Source: Patescibacteria group bacterium (GTDB lineage: Bacteria > Patescibacteriota > Minisyncoccia > Phycocordibacterales > UBA9973). From it: 64,000 bases of DNA. This document shows, piece by piece, positions 8,802-17,567 of this stretch. Position numbers and translations under genes: made by a program. The notes beneath the pieces were generated by a model. The model was not told where the DNA came from. It did no database searches and saw only the letters and a list, made by a program, of their open reading frames with translations. Each line of letters starts with the position of its first letter. The first letter of the stretch is position 1. The stretch is taken from assembly GCA_040388575.1 (NCBI GenBank), contig JAZKBO010000002.1:95942-159941 (forward strand), read 5' to 3'.

Positions 8802-9200
8802 ATGGAGCTAATTGATAAAAAATCCTGGTATAAGAAAAAAAGGTATATTATTCCTGTAATTGCCCTAAGTTTAATACTTTTTTTTGGGTCAAATAATGGT
8901 TCAAGTCCTCAAGTAAAATCTGAGTCTATACCTATTCCATCTTATGGCAGTAATGTTCCATTATATGAATCTACTAATACTGTAAATTTAAATACAAATT
9001 CGTTTTCACCTACTCCATCAAGTGCTCTTTCAAATGATAATTACTACACAAACGTAAATGGTAATTCAGTTCACTCACCTGCATATTCTAATTCCGTACC
9101 ACAAGGAGCATCAGCTCGGTGCGGAGACGGCACATACAGCTATAGTCAACATCGAAGTGGAACATGTTCACATCACGGCGGCGTTTCCGAGTGGTTATAA
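8802..9200 (+). CDS. Membrane-anchored protein with C-terminal DUF3761-like Cys/His domain
   Basis: N-terminal TM (IIPVIALSLILFF) followed by an S/T/N-rich linker. The C-terminal ARCGDGTYSYSQHRSGTCSHHGGVSEWL matches the DUF3761 signature from memory. Confidence 0.5.
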   Translation: MELIDKKSWYKKKRYIIPVIALSLILFFGSNNGSSPQVKSESIPIPSYGSNVPLYESTNTVNLNTNSFSPTPSSALSNDNYYTNVNGNSVHSPAYSNSVPQGASARCGDGTYSYSQHRSGTCSHHGGVSEWL

Positions 9201-9212
9201 TGTCATGAGGAA

Positions 9213-9272
9213 TTAACCAACTAATGCTCCGATACCAACAATAAACAAGATATAACCTAAAAAGTTTTTCAT
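9213..9272 (-). CDS. Tiny hydrophobic peptide (19 aa, MKNFLGYILFIVGIGALVG), last cistron of AT-rich island operon
   Basis: Hand-translated; below the ORF-track size cutoff. The start lies 2 nt after the preceding cistron's stop. Single TM-like segment. Confidence 0.2.
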   Translation of the reverse strand: MKNFLGYILFIVGIGALVG

Positions 9273-9274
9273 AT

Positions 9275-9448
9275 TTATTCAGATTTATCTTTTTTAATCA
9301 AGTTAATGATTTCAATCTGCTTTCCTAAAATAAAAGCAAGAATTAACATCACGAGTCCTTCAAAACCTCTATTATCTCCAATAATAAAATACGAAAGAAT
9401 TAAAACTATTATTGTCCAAACCCATGGATTCTCATTCCAATTTTTCAT
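9275..9448 (-). CDS. Small 2-TM membrane peptide (57 aa, MKNWNENPWVWTIIVLILSYFIIGDNRGFEGLVMLILAFILGKQIEIINLIKKDKSE)
   Basis: Hand-translated. Its ATG overlaps the upstream cistron's TGA stop (ATGA overlap at 9445-9448). It has two hydrophobic helices. Confidence 0.35.
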   Translation of the reverse strand: MKNWNENPWVWTIIVLILSYFIIGDNRGFEGLVMLILAFILGKQIEIINLIKKDKSE

Positions 9449-9834
9449 ATAATTTTACTCAAAAAATCCTTACCTAATAAATATTTAAAACGTTTGTTAA
9501 TCTCATTTATTTGAACTAACTTTTCATTTATTTGGGATAAAATATATTCTTTATTTGATTTTCTTAGATTAATTACATCATTTATTATGATTAAATAATC
9601 ATACCAATCAGACTTAATTTGTTCTGACCATGTATTATCATGTTTAAATCTCTCCTTAAGTCTAATAAAATTTTGCCTACCGCTGTTAAACAATAGCTCT
9701 TCTTCGACTACTTCAACTCCAGTTAGCTTTTTCGAAATAAAAACCTCCATAATTATTATCTTTTTGTTGTTTTTTCCTAAAAGTAAATTTTTTAGTTTCA
9801 GGATTATTCCATTATAAATTGATAGTTTTTCCAT
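9445..9834 (-). CDS. Hypothetical protein (129 aa; alternative start MEVFISKK...), AT-rich island
   Basis: ORF in a very AT-rich segment, translationally coupled to neighbours. No recognisable motif. Confidence 0.4.
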   Translation of the reverse strand: MEKLSIYNGIILKLKNLLLGKNNKKIIIMEVFISKKLTGVEVVEEELLFNSGRQNFIRLKERFKHDNTWSEQIKSDWYDYLIIINDVINLRKSNKEYILSQINEKLVQINEINKRFKYLLGKDFLSKII

Positions 9835-9848
9835 AATTATTATTGTTA

Positions 9849-10391
9849 TTATCTCTTCTTTCCTATAAATGCTGGCTGCTTATTTTTCTTTGCTTCAATT
9901 ATATTGCTCATATTTGCGTTAGGTATGAAATTTATTCTTTCCGAAGAAGGCATCCTAAAGGATAGGGCGGTTTTACCGTTATAAGTGGTAACAGCAAAAT
10001 CACCCATACTAATGATATCCATACCAATTAGTAATTGAGGCTGTTCTTCTTCTTTTTGATTATCATCTGGAATGAGCTTTACCTCAGAAACGCGAACTCC
10101 CTCAAATAGAACTTTATTTGGTAAAGATATACTAACTAGATAGGTATTAACCAAGGATTTCCCATCAGCATGACGACTTTCTGCTATTCCAGATGGCGAT
10201 AATTTTAAATTATTAACAACTTTTTTTGTAATTGCAGAATTTGTTGCTCCAGTATCCCAAATTGCATTATATTCCTTAAAAATTGGAGGGTTATTTAATC
10301 TTTCCTGAGGTGTAGAGGGAACACAAACCCCAACTTTAGTGTAAAGGACTCTTGCTCTACCACTATAATCTGTAGTAAAAGCATGTTTCAT
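9849..10391 (-). CDS. Retropepsin-like (clan AA, DTGA-type) aspartic protease, soluble
   Basis: Active-site block YNAIWDTGATNSAI (hydrophobic-hydrophobic-D-T-G-A) and a downstream LLIGMDII block (the retropepsin 'ILGrD.L' motif). The likely start is MKHAFTTDYSG at about 10391, which overlaps the upstream small ORF's end. Confidence 0.65.
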   Translation of the reverse strand: MKHAFTTDYSGRARVLYTKVGVCVPSTPQERLNNPPIFKEYNAIWDTGATNSAITKKVVNNLKLSPSGIAESRHADGKSLVNTYLVSISLPNKVLFEGVRVSEVKLIPDDNQKEEEQPQLLIGMDIISMGDFAVTTYNGKTALSFRMPSSERINFIPNANMSNIIEAKKNKQPAFIGKKR

Positions 10392-10395
10392 AAAG

Positions 10396-10647
10396 CTAGA
10401 AGAGAGAAACTCTTGAATGAAAAGTTTGAGTGTAGCTTTCCTCACCAGGTAGGCATTTTTGAATAAGAAAAGTCCCTAATTCAAATTTTGCTTTAGCATC
10501 GATATAGGCTTCTATCTCTGAGTTATAAACTCCTTGTATCTTCTTATCTTTGATAACAAGAAATTTACCCCCATGTTGTTTTACAAGGTCTTCTTGATTG
10601 TCTTTAAAATATTCAAGTTCCTGCTCAAGATGTTTATTAATCACCAT
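10396..10647 (-). CDS. Small cytosolic protein (83 aa), possibly DUF5678-like; first cistron of island operon
   Basis: Pattern ...QHGGKFLVIKDKKIQGVYNSEIEAYIDAKAKF...FLIQKC resembles the small GKWVAI.DgKVv..gd..eE...a DUF5678-type fold (recollection, low certainty). Its 3' end overlaps the protease start. Confidence 0.45.
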   Translation of the reverse strand: MVINKHLEQELEYFKDNQEDLVKQHGGKFLVIKDKKIQGVYNSEIEAYIDAKAKFELGTFLIQKCLPGEESYTQTFHSRVSLF

Positions 10648-10822
10648 GTAATATTAACATATATTTATTAGCATTTCAATTCATCTCTGGCGATAAGAAA
10701 TATAGCAAACATTGCCCGCTTAGGCATATTTTATATTTTTTAAGGCATTAAAACTCCCAAAGACCCAGCTTTCTAACTGCCACCCCTATGAGATAATATG
10801 TCCACTAAATTTCTTAGCACAA

Positions 10823-10851
10823 AAAAAGCCCCGTGTGGGGCTTTTTTTGGT
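10823..10851 (-). terminator. Rho-independent terminator (A7-GCCCC-GTGT-GGGGC-T7)
   Basis: 5-bp GC stem with flanking A/T runs, 12-40 nt downstream of the minus-strand stop at 10863. Confidence 0.6.
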
Positions 10852-10862
10852 TCGAATTAAGT

Positions 10863-11450
10863 TTAGTTATCGTCTCCAGAACCGGAGCCGGATCCAGAGT
10901 TGTCGTCACCTCCTCTTGAGCCATGCATACCGTCCAATCTTGGAGGCATTATGCCCATGAAGCCACGATGGCCTTCACGATTTTGCTTCATCATGTCATT
11001 ACCTTCTGGAGCATCCTGATCATCTGGGATACCATCGGCATCCTTATCAGGCTTGTGGCCCCAAGCGCGTAGGATCCGCGCAGTAATGATAAAGTCCCCG
11101 TCCTTGGAAATACTACCTATTACACCCACAACATCATCCGCCTTAAAATCTGAAATAGACTTTGTAGCGCTCAAGATATTTGTAGAAGATGTAGTTTCAA
11201 TTGTCCAACTACCGCCCCAACTCTTTACTACAAGAGAGTTCGCGCTAGTGTCAATAGAAACAACTTTACCTCGGAGCATTACATTACCCTTCGGACCAAT
11301 ATTGATCATCATTGGGCTTGGATTTACACCCAAACTTCCTGATGCAGTAACAGCATTGCTTATCGTAGTCGAATTATTTTCAGCAAACACCACAGCCGCA
11401 CCTAGTACCACTACCAAAACTGTGAGACTTAAAACTAAGTATTTTTTCAT
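10863..11450 (-). CDS. Secreted protein with acidic Ca-binding-like DxDxDGxxD motif and Gly/Ser/Asp-rich tail
   Basis: Signal peptide MKKYLVLSLTVLVVVLGAAVVFA. DKDADGIPDDQDAPEGND resembles thrombospondin-type-3/EF-like calcium motifs. C-terminal GGDDNSGSGSGSGDDN. Confidence 0.45.
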   Translation of the reverse strand: MKKYLVLSLTVLVVVLGAAVVFAENNSTTISNAVTASGSLGVNPSPMMINIGPKGNVMLRGKVVSIDTSANSLVVKSWGGSWTIETTSSTNILSATKSISDFKADDVVGVIGSISKDGDFIITARILRAWGHKPDKDADGIPDDQDAPEGNDMMKQNREGHRGFMGIMPPRLDGMHGSRGGDDNSGSGSGSGDDN

Positions 11451-11555
11451 GTTTTTTATGTTAATTAATAATAATTAATAAGGACCCATACTATAAGACG
11501 CTATGGCTAGCCATATCTTACCGCCCTTACCTCCACTGTTAATTATACTACAACT

Positions 11556-13244
11556 TTAGCTTTGGAAATATTCTGGGGTATTTACTGACATCCAGTCCAG
11601 GAGCTGGCGCATGACGGTGGAGGCATTTACACTGTTGGTGGTGGGCCCAGACTCCATCATTATAGTAAAGGCGTATTTCGGGTTTTCATATGGCAAGAAG
11701 CCCATCACCCAGGAATTAACTTTATTCTTCAGCGCACCCACCTGGGCAGTTCCAGTTTTAACTGCCACATTCACATAAGGAACATTGAGGGCTGACGCCG
11801 TACCTGCCGTCACTGCTTGTCGCATACCCTCTCGCACTATTTGAAAATATTCTTTATTCATATCAATGGCTGTTGTTTTTCCTTCCATTGTTTTGTCGTT
11901 AAGTATGAAATGTGGAGTCATGAGTGTGCCAGAGTTAGCAATTGCTCCGGCTGCTCGCGCCATTTCCATCGGCGTTACTTGGAAGCCATACTGGCCGATG
12001 GCGGTATGGTAAGTGTCCCCAATACGCCACGCGTCCCCATTAAAATTTTTCAACTTCCACTCAGGGGTCGGTATCGTGCCATTGGTTTCATCTGGTAAAT
12101 CTACACCTGTCTCTGTGCCGAGTCCAAAAAGGCGCGCATATTTTTCAATATTTAAAATTCCCAAGCCTTTCTGATCCTGATAGCCACCACCGATAGAATA
12201 AAAATAGACATCCGAGGATACTGCTATTGCCTGCCGCATGTCAGTCCAACCATTAGCCCGCCAGTCCTTGAAGACAGTCTTCTGGCCCGGGAGGAATGGG
12301 TTAGGGATGGATATAGAGCCCGTAGAGAGTATCTGTTTCTTGGGGTCGATAATGTTCTCTGCCAAGGCACCTAGGGCCACGAAGGGCTTCACGATGGAGC
12401 CAGGAGTATACAGGCCCGAGATGGTACGGTCCAGATACACCTTCCGCTTGTCGGTGTTGTAGCCACTAATTACAGCGCTATCCTTGCCCAAGGAAAGGGT
12501 TTCAGAGTTGTATTCAGGGTAACTAGTAGAGGCTAGTACTTCACCATTTTGTACGTTCATTATAACTCCAGCGCCGCCGGAAAAGGAAAAGTTATCGGCT
12601 AAATTTTTAATAATACTGAATAACTCACCTTGGACCTTCGCATCAACTGTAGTTACCAGGTCCTGACCGCGAGCCGGCGCATTCACAATATTTTCAGAAT
12701 GGACGGAATCGTGCGCATCAACTTCAATAATTTTAGAGCCATTCTCACCTTTTACCACATCATTGTATTGTTTTTCGAGGCCATCTTTTCCCACAAATTC
12801 AGTTTGCCAATAATTACCTGACTTATCTTTCGCTGGGTAACTCACATAGCCCAGTAAATGTGAAAAGCCAGGTGTTTTATAGGCGCGCATCCTGAAACCA
12901 TCCTCCTCATCTTTGTTCCAAACGAGTTCTACCTTGTTACGGTCATAGATAATGCCTCTGTCAGCGAAGATCAAGCTTTTTTCTAGGATATTATTTTCAC
13001 TCCTATTGTAGTAAGCATTTCCGGAAGCGATTTGAAGATAACCCAGGCGAATAAAGAAAATTAAGATTAATGATCCGCAGATAATTCCGAGTACACCGAT
13101 GGTTTTCTTGGTAATAGGCTTTTCGATGCGGCCCTCGAATTGCTGGCGGTCAAAATTTTGAATATTTTTTGAATCCAGGAATATTTCATCCGGCTCCACC
13201 ATCATATTTTGTCTTTTTCTTTTTTTAAATATTCTTACGATCAT
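11556..13244 (-). CDS. Class B penicillin-binding protein (PBP2/FtsI-type peptidoglycan transpeptidase)
   Basis: N-terminal TM. The three transpeptidase motifs are present: SxxK (GSIVKP), SxN-like (SSD in AVSSDVYFY) and KTG (KTGTAQ). The start is probably MIVRIFKK (about 13244) or MMVEPDE, not 13292. Confidence 0.85.
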   Translation of the reverse strand: MIVRIFKKRKRQNMMVEPDEIFLDSKNIQNFDRQQFEGRIEKPITKKTIGVLGIICGSLILIFFIRLGYLQIASGNAYYNRSENNILEKSLIFADRGIIYDRNKVELVWNKDEEDGFRMRAYKTPGFSHLLGYVSYPAKDKSGNYWQTEFVGKDGLEKQYNDVVKGENGSKIIEVDAHDSVHSENIVNAPARGQDLVTTVDAKVQGELFSIIKNLADNFSFSGGAGVIMNVQNGEVLASTSYPEYNSETLSLGKDSAVISGYNTDKRKVYLDRTISGLYTPGSIVKPFVALGALAENIIDPKKQILSTGSISIPNPFLPGQKTVFKDWRANGWTDMRQAIAVSSDVYFYSIGGGYQDQKGLGILNIEKYARLFGLGTETGVDLPDETNGTIPTPEWKLKNFNGDAWRIGDTYHTAIGQYGFQVTPMEMARAAGAIANSGTLMTPHFILNDKTMEGKTTAIDMNKEYFQIVREGMRQAVTAGTASALNVPYVNVAVKTGTAQVGALKNKVNSWVMGFLPYENPKYAFTIMMESGPTTNSVNASTVMRQLLDWMSVNTPEYFQS

Positions 13245-13248
13245 AAAA

Positions 13249-13518
13249 TTATATTTGCGGATAGAACTTGAGCTTTCTTTTAAGAAATTCAATTAATACT
13301 ATGGCGATGACAGCCATTATGAATGATACATAGGTCAAGCCCCAGAATTTAGCTTCAGGCGTGCCATATATCAGGTCAGAAAGGAGGAAAAGTGCCACTC
13401 CCTCCCAATAGACACGAAAATATAGCATTGCTATTAGGGCTAGAATAACAGGGAGCCAAAAAGGCAGGAAAAGTATAGAAATAAGTAGCACAGCTCCGGC
13501 AATGATTCGAAGTATCAT
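13249..13518 (-). CDS. Small 3-TM membrane protein immediately upstream of the PBP gene (MreD-like position, unverified)
   Basis: 89-aa hydrophobic ORF on the same strand, abutting the PBP gene. No diagnostic motif. Confidence 0.3.
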   Translation of the reverse strand: MILRIIAGAVLLISILFLPFWLPVILALIAMLYFRVYWEGVALFLLSDLIYGTPEAKFWGLTYVSFIMAVIAIVLIEFLKRKLKFYPQI

Positions 13519-13542
13519 ATTTCCATATTACCTCAAATATTA

Positions 13543-14907
13543 TTATGACGCGAGTTTAGATGCTAAACCGATATAATTTAGCGGGGTAAATTTTTTAAGC
13601 TCCTTTTTGACCTTAGGTGATACTTCCAGGGTATCGATAAATCTATCGAAATCCATCATAGTTACAACCTTACCCCGAGTTAATTCTTTGAGTGCCTCAT
13701 AAGGCATTGCAGCACCCTCTCGGCGCAGTACTGTCTGAATAGCTTCCGCGATTACCTCTGGGTGGGCAACTAAGTACTCCTTAATCGCTTTATCGTTTAT
13801 TGAAATTTTACCTAGTCCCTTCCTTAACATAATATATGCAAGGTAGGAATGGCCGAATGCGGTACCAAATGCGCGTTCCACAGTTGAGTCTGATAAATCA
13901 CGTTGGAGTCGAGAGACTGGCAACTTGCGAGCAAAAAATTCAAAAAACGCATTTGCTAGGCCCAGATTTCCTTCACTATTTTCAAAATCAATCGGGTTCA
14001 CCTTATGGGGCATGGTTGAAGAGCCTGTCTCCCCTGCTTTTGGCTTTTGAATTATCCAGCCGTCGGAAATATATCTCCACATATCTTGATCGAAATCTAG
14101 GAGGACCGCATTAATCCTGCGAATATTATCAAATACTGCGATATAACTATCGTGGCATTCAATTTGAGTTGTGATCAGGTTGGTCTCAAGCTTTTGTTTG
14201 CGATTTTTATTAAATCCATTAATAAATTTCACAGAGAATTCCCGCCAATTGACTTTGGGATATGCGGCAACGTGAGCGTTGTAGTTACCTGTCGCACCAT
14301 TTAACTTAGCTTGAATTTTTAGGTCAGCCAAGCTTGTTAACATCTTTTCAATTCTTGCTGAAAAAACTTTCATTTCCTTACCAAAAGTTGTCGGGCTCGC
14401 GCTTTGGCCGTGCGTACGAGCAAGCATGGGGAGGTTTTTGTACCTCTTTGCAAGGCCGTTTAATTCAAGGACGATTTTTCCAATTTCTGGAGCAATTATC
14501 TTTTCGATCGAATCCGCAAGCATGAGGGCATAAGCAATATTATTGGTGTCTTCAGATGTCAGGGCAAAGTGGACCCACTCGATTGAATCTTTGAGTGAAG
14601 TTTTTTCAAGGATTTGCTTAATATAATACTCCACTGCCTTAACATCATGGTTTGTGGTTTTTTCAAATTCTTTTATCTTCTGGTATGCAGAGTCATTAAA
14701 CTTTTCATAAATATTGCGCAAGATCTTAACTTCAGCCGGTTTGAATCTACGCAGGGCGGTTTTGTTTAAGAAGGATAAGCTAATCAAATACTCACATTCC
14801 ATCAGAACGCGGTACTTCATGAGTGCCTGCTCTGAAAAATATGGAGCTAGGGCTCGGGTCTTTTCAAAATATCTGCCATCTAGTGGATTTATTGCACCCT
14901 GGATCAT
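13543..14907 (-). CDS. purB: Adenylosuccinate lyase
   Basis: Fumarate-lyase signature GSSTMPHKVNP and the overall ASL pattern. Sits in the purine cluster. Confidence 0.9.
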   Translation of the reverse strand: MIQGAINPLDGRYFEKTRALAPYFSEQALMKYRVLMECEYLISLSFLNKTALRRFKPAEVKILRNIYEKFNDSAYQKIKEFEKTTNHDVKAVEYYIKQILEKTSLKDSIEWVHFALTSEDTNNIAYALMLADSIEKIIAPEIGKIVLELNGLAKRYKNLPMLARTHGQSASPTTFGKEMKVFSARIEKMLTSLADLKIQAKLNGATGNYNAHVAAYPKVNWREFSVKFINGFNKNRKQKLETNLITTQIECHDSYIAVFDNIRRINAVLLDFDQDMWRYISDGWIIQKPKAGETGSSTMPHKVNPIDFENSEGNLGLANAFFEFFARKLPVSRLQRDLSDSTVERAFGTAFGHSYLAYIMLRKGLGKISINDKAIKEYLVAHPEVIAEAIQTVLRREGAAMPYEALKELTRGKVVTMMDFDRFIDTLEVSPKVKKELKKFTPLNYIGLASKLAS

Positions 14908-15869
14908 ATTTTGTAGGCCTTAAGGTTATTTTCAATACGCTCCAAAATATTTTCACCCAAATTTGCCTTAAACTTATTACCAGTTATCTGCTCGTATATT
15001 TGAATGTATCGGCGTGAAAGCTCTGCCACCATATCTATCGGCGCAGCTGGCAGCTTTTCATCTTTATAAGGGTCACAATTATCCTTGAACCATAGGCGCA
15101 GGAATTCCTTGTCGAAATTCTGTGGCTCTTGCCCCTGATCAATACGCTCCTGGTAGGAATCCGCTTGCCAGTAGCGGGAAGAATCCGGAGTATGGATTTC
15201 ATCGATAAGCATAACTTCACCTTCCGGTGTGAGGCCGAACTCATATTTAGTATCAACCAGTATCAACCCTCTTTTAAGCGCCAATTCTTGGCCGCGGACA
15301 AAGAGCTTGAGGGTAATATCGCAAACCTTGTCCCAGACTTCCTTATTAATCATCTTTTCCTCCAAAATAATTTTAGATGTCAGCGGCCTGTCATGGGCTT
15401 CAAACTTTGTAGTTGGAGTTATCACTGCTCTATCTAGTTTTTGATTTTTTTTCATTCCTTCAGGAAGAGTAAAATCACCGAAATCTCGCTGACCCTTTTG
15501 GTATAAAGTCCATAGTGCTGTGCCAGTGACACCGGTAATATAGCCACGGACTACCATTTCAACTGGTAGCACCGTGCACTTCTTTGCAACTATGGAATTT
15601 GGATCAGGAATGGCAATAACGTGATTCTGGACTATGTCCTTAGTATTATCGAACCAAAATTCTGTAATACCTGTTAGAACCTGGCCCTTAAATGGAATGA
15701 GTGCAAGGTTGCGATCAAAAGCAGAGTATCTATCCGTAGCAATTAAAATTAATTTATCATCTTGCTCATAAACATCGCGAACCTTACCCACCTTTTTCTT
15801 ACCCAAGGAATCAAAATTGGTTTCAATCAATACATCATTAATATGCTCTTCTATTGTTCGTATATCCAT
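14904..15869 (-). CDS. purC: SAICAR synthetase, long (eukaryote/yeast-like ~320 aa) form
   Basis: GKVRDVY...LIATDRYSAFD motifs of PurC. At 321 aa it is the long form rather than the ~240-aa bacterial form. Confidence 0.85.
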   Translation of the reverse strand: MDIRTIEEHINDVLIETNFDSLGKKKVGKVRDVYEQDDKLILIATDRYSAFDRNLALIPFKGQVLTGITEFWFDNTKDIVQNHVIAIPDPNSIVAKKCTVLPVEMVVRGYITGVTGTALWTLYQKGQRDFGDFTLPEGMKKNQKLDRAVITPTTKFEAHDRPLTSKIILEEKMINKEVWDKVCDITLKLFVRGQELALKRGLILVDTKYEFGLTPEGEVMLIDEIHTPDSSRYWQADSYQERIDQGQEPQNFDKEFLRLWFKDNCDPYKDEKLPAAPIDMVAELSRRYIQIYEQITGNKFKANLGENILERIENNLKAYKI

Positions 15870-15872
15870 AAA

Positions 15873-17036
15873 TTATCTACTACTATAAGTAATCTGTGTG
15901 CCTTTCGTTAATTTCGAATTTATTAAAATTTGAGGTGTCTTTTCCTTTGTAACTTTACCGATTACCCTAGCCCTTACTCCAAAATCCTTAGCCCTTTTAA
16001 TACAATGTTTTGCATCCTTTTCTTCTATAATTAATAGCATACCTTGGCCACCGTGCCAAACCTCGTAAAATTCCTCATCATCAATCTTGCGCCACTTTGC
16101 ACACTGCCTCATTATCTGTGGAGGTTCCCATAAATCATCTATAACAGCAGAAAGTTTTTTAGGAAAAAGTATATCCTTAGCTAACTTTTCTTTTAGGGCA
16201 CCGCCGGAAAGGTGGACTATTGAATGAATTTTAACTTCAGCTTTAAATTTTTTATCATACCAACCATGGAGTGTATTCACATAATTATCATATAGAACTG
16301 ATGGAGTAGCGGCTAACTTAATACTTTCTTTGGCTTTAGGATTCCTCCACCATTCTTTGCCGTATTTGGCCTTCAAGGCCTTTCGTACAGAACTAATGCC
16401 ATTACAGCGGAATCCATTTTCCTTTAGTCCTATTATCACCTGCCCGGCGGCTAGATTGATACCTGTCACCATTTTATTTTTGTGGTATGCACCAATCATC
16501 GTGCCTGACCAATTGAGTTTAGTTTTTGACGCAGTATTTTCAGAGCCGATTGCGTCACCCATTTGTGCTGTCTCACCTTTTAAAACTACAATTTTTGATT
16601 CCTTCGCTACTTTACCCAGGCCCGAGATTGCGCTCTTGTAAGTTTTACTCACTTGATCACCTTTGTTACCAATGGATGTAGTGTCAAAAACATTTACGAA
16701 AATTAAGGGCACTCCACCAAACCGTGTAATATCGCTCGCCGTCATCGCAATGATGTCATAAGCAGCTAAATGGTGTGTTTTGGCTGCATCAATGATGATA
16801 CCCTTGGTTCCTATTCCGTCAGTTGAAGCTTCTATTAAGTACCCCTTCGGAAGATTCTTTAGAAGAAATGGTCTAGGACCCCTGAAATTACCACCCGATA
16901 GGTCATGAATTTGTACAAAAGGTGAATTTTTATAACTCCCTTTACATATTGAGCCAGCAAAGCTACTGAATGAAGATTCCTCTTCCACGTCGACTCCATC
17001 CATCGAATATATTTTCTTCTTTGAGGAGTCACTCAT
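15873..17036 (-). CDS. purM: Phosphoribosylformylglycinamidine cyclo-ligase (AIR synthetase) with N-terminal extension
   Basis: ASTDGIGTK ... DIIAMTASD ... GGVPLIFVNVFD matches the PurM blocks (TDGVGTK; D.VAM.VND; G.PL.F.DY). Purine-operon context. Confidence 0.8.
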   Translation of the reverse strand: MSDSSKKKIYSMDGVDVEEESSFSSFAGSICKGSYKNSPFVQIHDLSGGNFRGPRPFLLKNLPKGYLIEASTDGIGTKGIIIDAAKTHHLAAYDIIAMTASDITRFGGVPLIFVNVFDTTSIGNKGDQVSKTYKSAISGLGKVAKESKIVVLKGETAQMGDAIGSENTASKTKLNWSGTMIGAYHKNKMVTGINLAAGQVIIGLKENGFRCNGISSVRKALKAKYGKEWWRNPKAKESIKLAATPSVLYDNYVNTLHGWYDKKFKAEVKIHSIVHLSGGALKEKLAKDILFPKKLSAVIDDLWEPPQIMRQCAKWRKIDDEEFYEVWHGGQGMLLIIEEKDAKHCIKRAKDFGVRARVIGKVTKEKTPQILINSKLTKGTQITYSSR

Positions 17037-17039
17037 GGG

Positions 17040-17567
17040 TTAATTTTCTAAATATTTTTTAAAACCTATTTCTGAAAGTTTGTCGCCCTTAGCCATAACC
17101 TCACTATTCATCTTTTCACGGAAAGTCACAATTTGGCCGTCTAGGCTTTTATCCGATAAAGCTAAAATTTGCATAGCCAGGAGTCCTGCATTCTTGCCAG
17201 CATTAATGGCCACAGTGGCCACAGGTATGCCTGGTGGCATTTGAATGATGGATAGCAAAGAATCCATTCCCTCCATAGTTTTGGTCTTGATTGGTACTCC
17301 TATTACCGGCACTGTTGTCATTGCAGCAGTCATACCTGGTAAATGTGCCGAGCCTCCAGCGCCAGCTATAATAATTTTTATGCCTCTTTCCTTTGCAGTA
17401 GTGGCATATTTATAGAGTTTGTCGGGAGTACGGTGGGCAGAGACAACTGTCATTTCATATTTAACATTAAATTCTTCTAGAATTTTTGCAGCTTCACTCA
17501 TTACAGGCAGGTCAGAGTCTGACCCCATAATTATTCCAATTTGTATCCTACTTTTTTTACTTGTCAT
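17040..17567 (-). CDS. purE: N5-carboxyaminoimidazole ribonucleotide mutase
   Basis: [24 protein letters not shown] and [11 protein letters not shown] are hallmark PurE segments. Confidence 0.9.
   Translation of the reverse strand: MTSKKSRIQIGIIMGSDSDLPVMSEAAKILEEFNVKYEMTVVSAHRTPDKLYKYATTAKERGIKIIIAGAGGSAHLPGMTAAMTTVPVIGVPIKTKTMEGMDSLLSIIQMPPGIPVATVAINAGKNAGLLAMQILALSDKSLDGQIVTFREKMNSEVMAKGDKLSEIGFKKYLEN

Noticed and set aside
9201-10650. Considered calling the AT-rich island a mobile element or prophage remnant
   Set aside because: No integrase, transposase, flanking direct repeats or adjacent tRNA were found. It is reported as a compositional island with an unusual operon instead.
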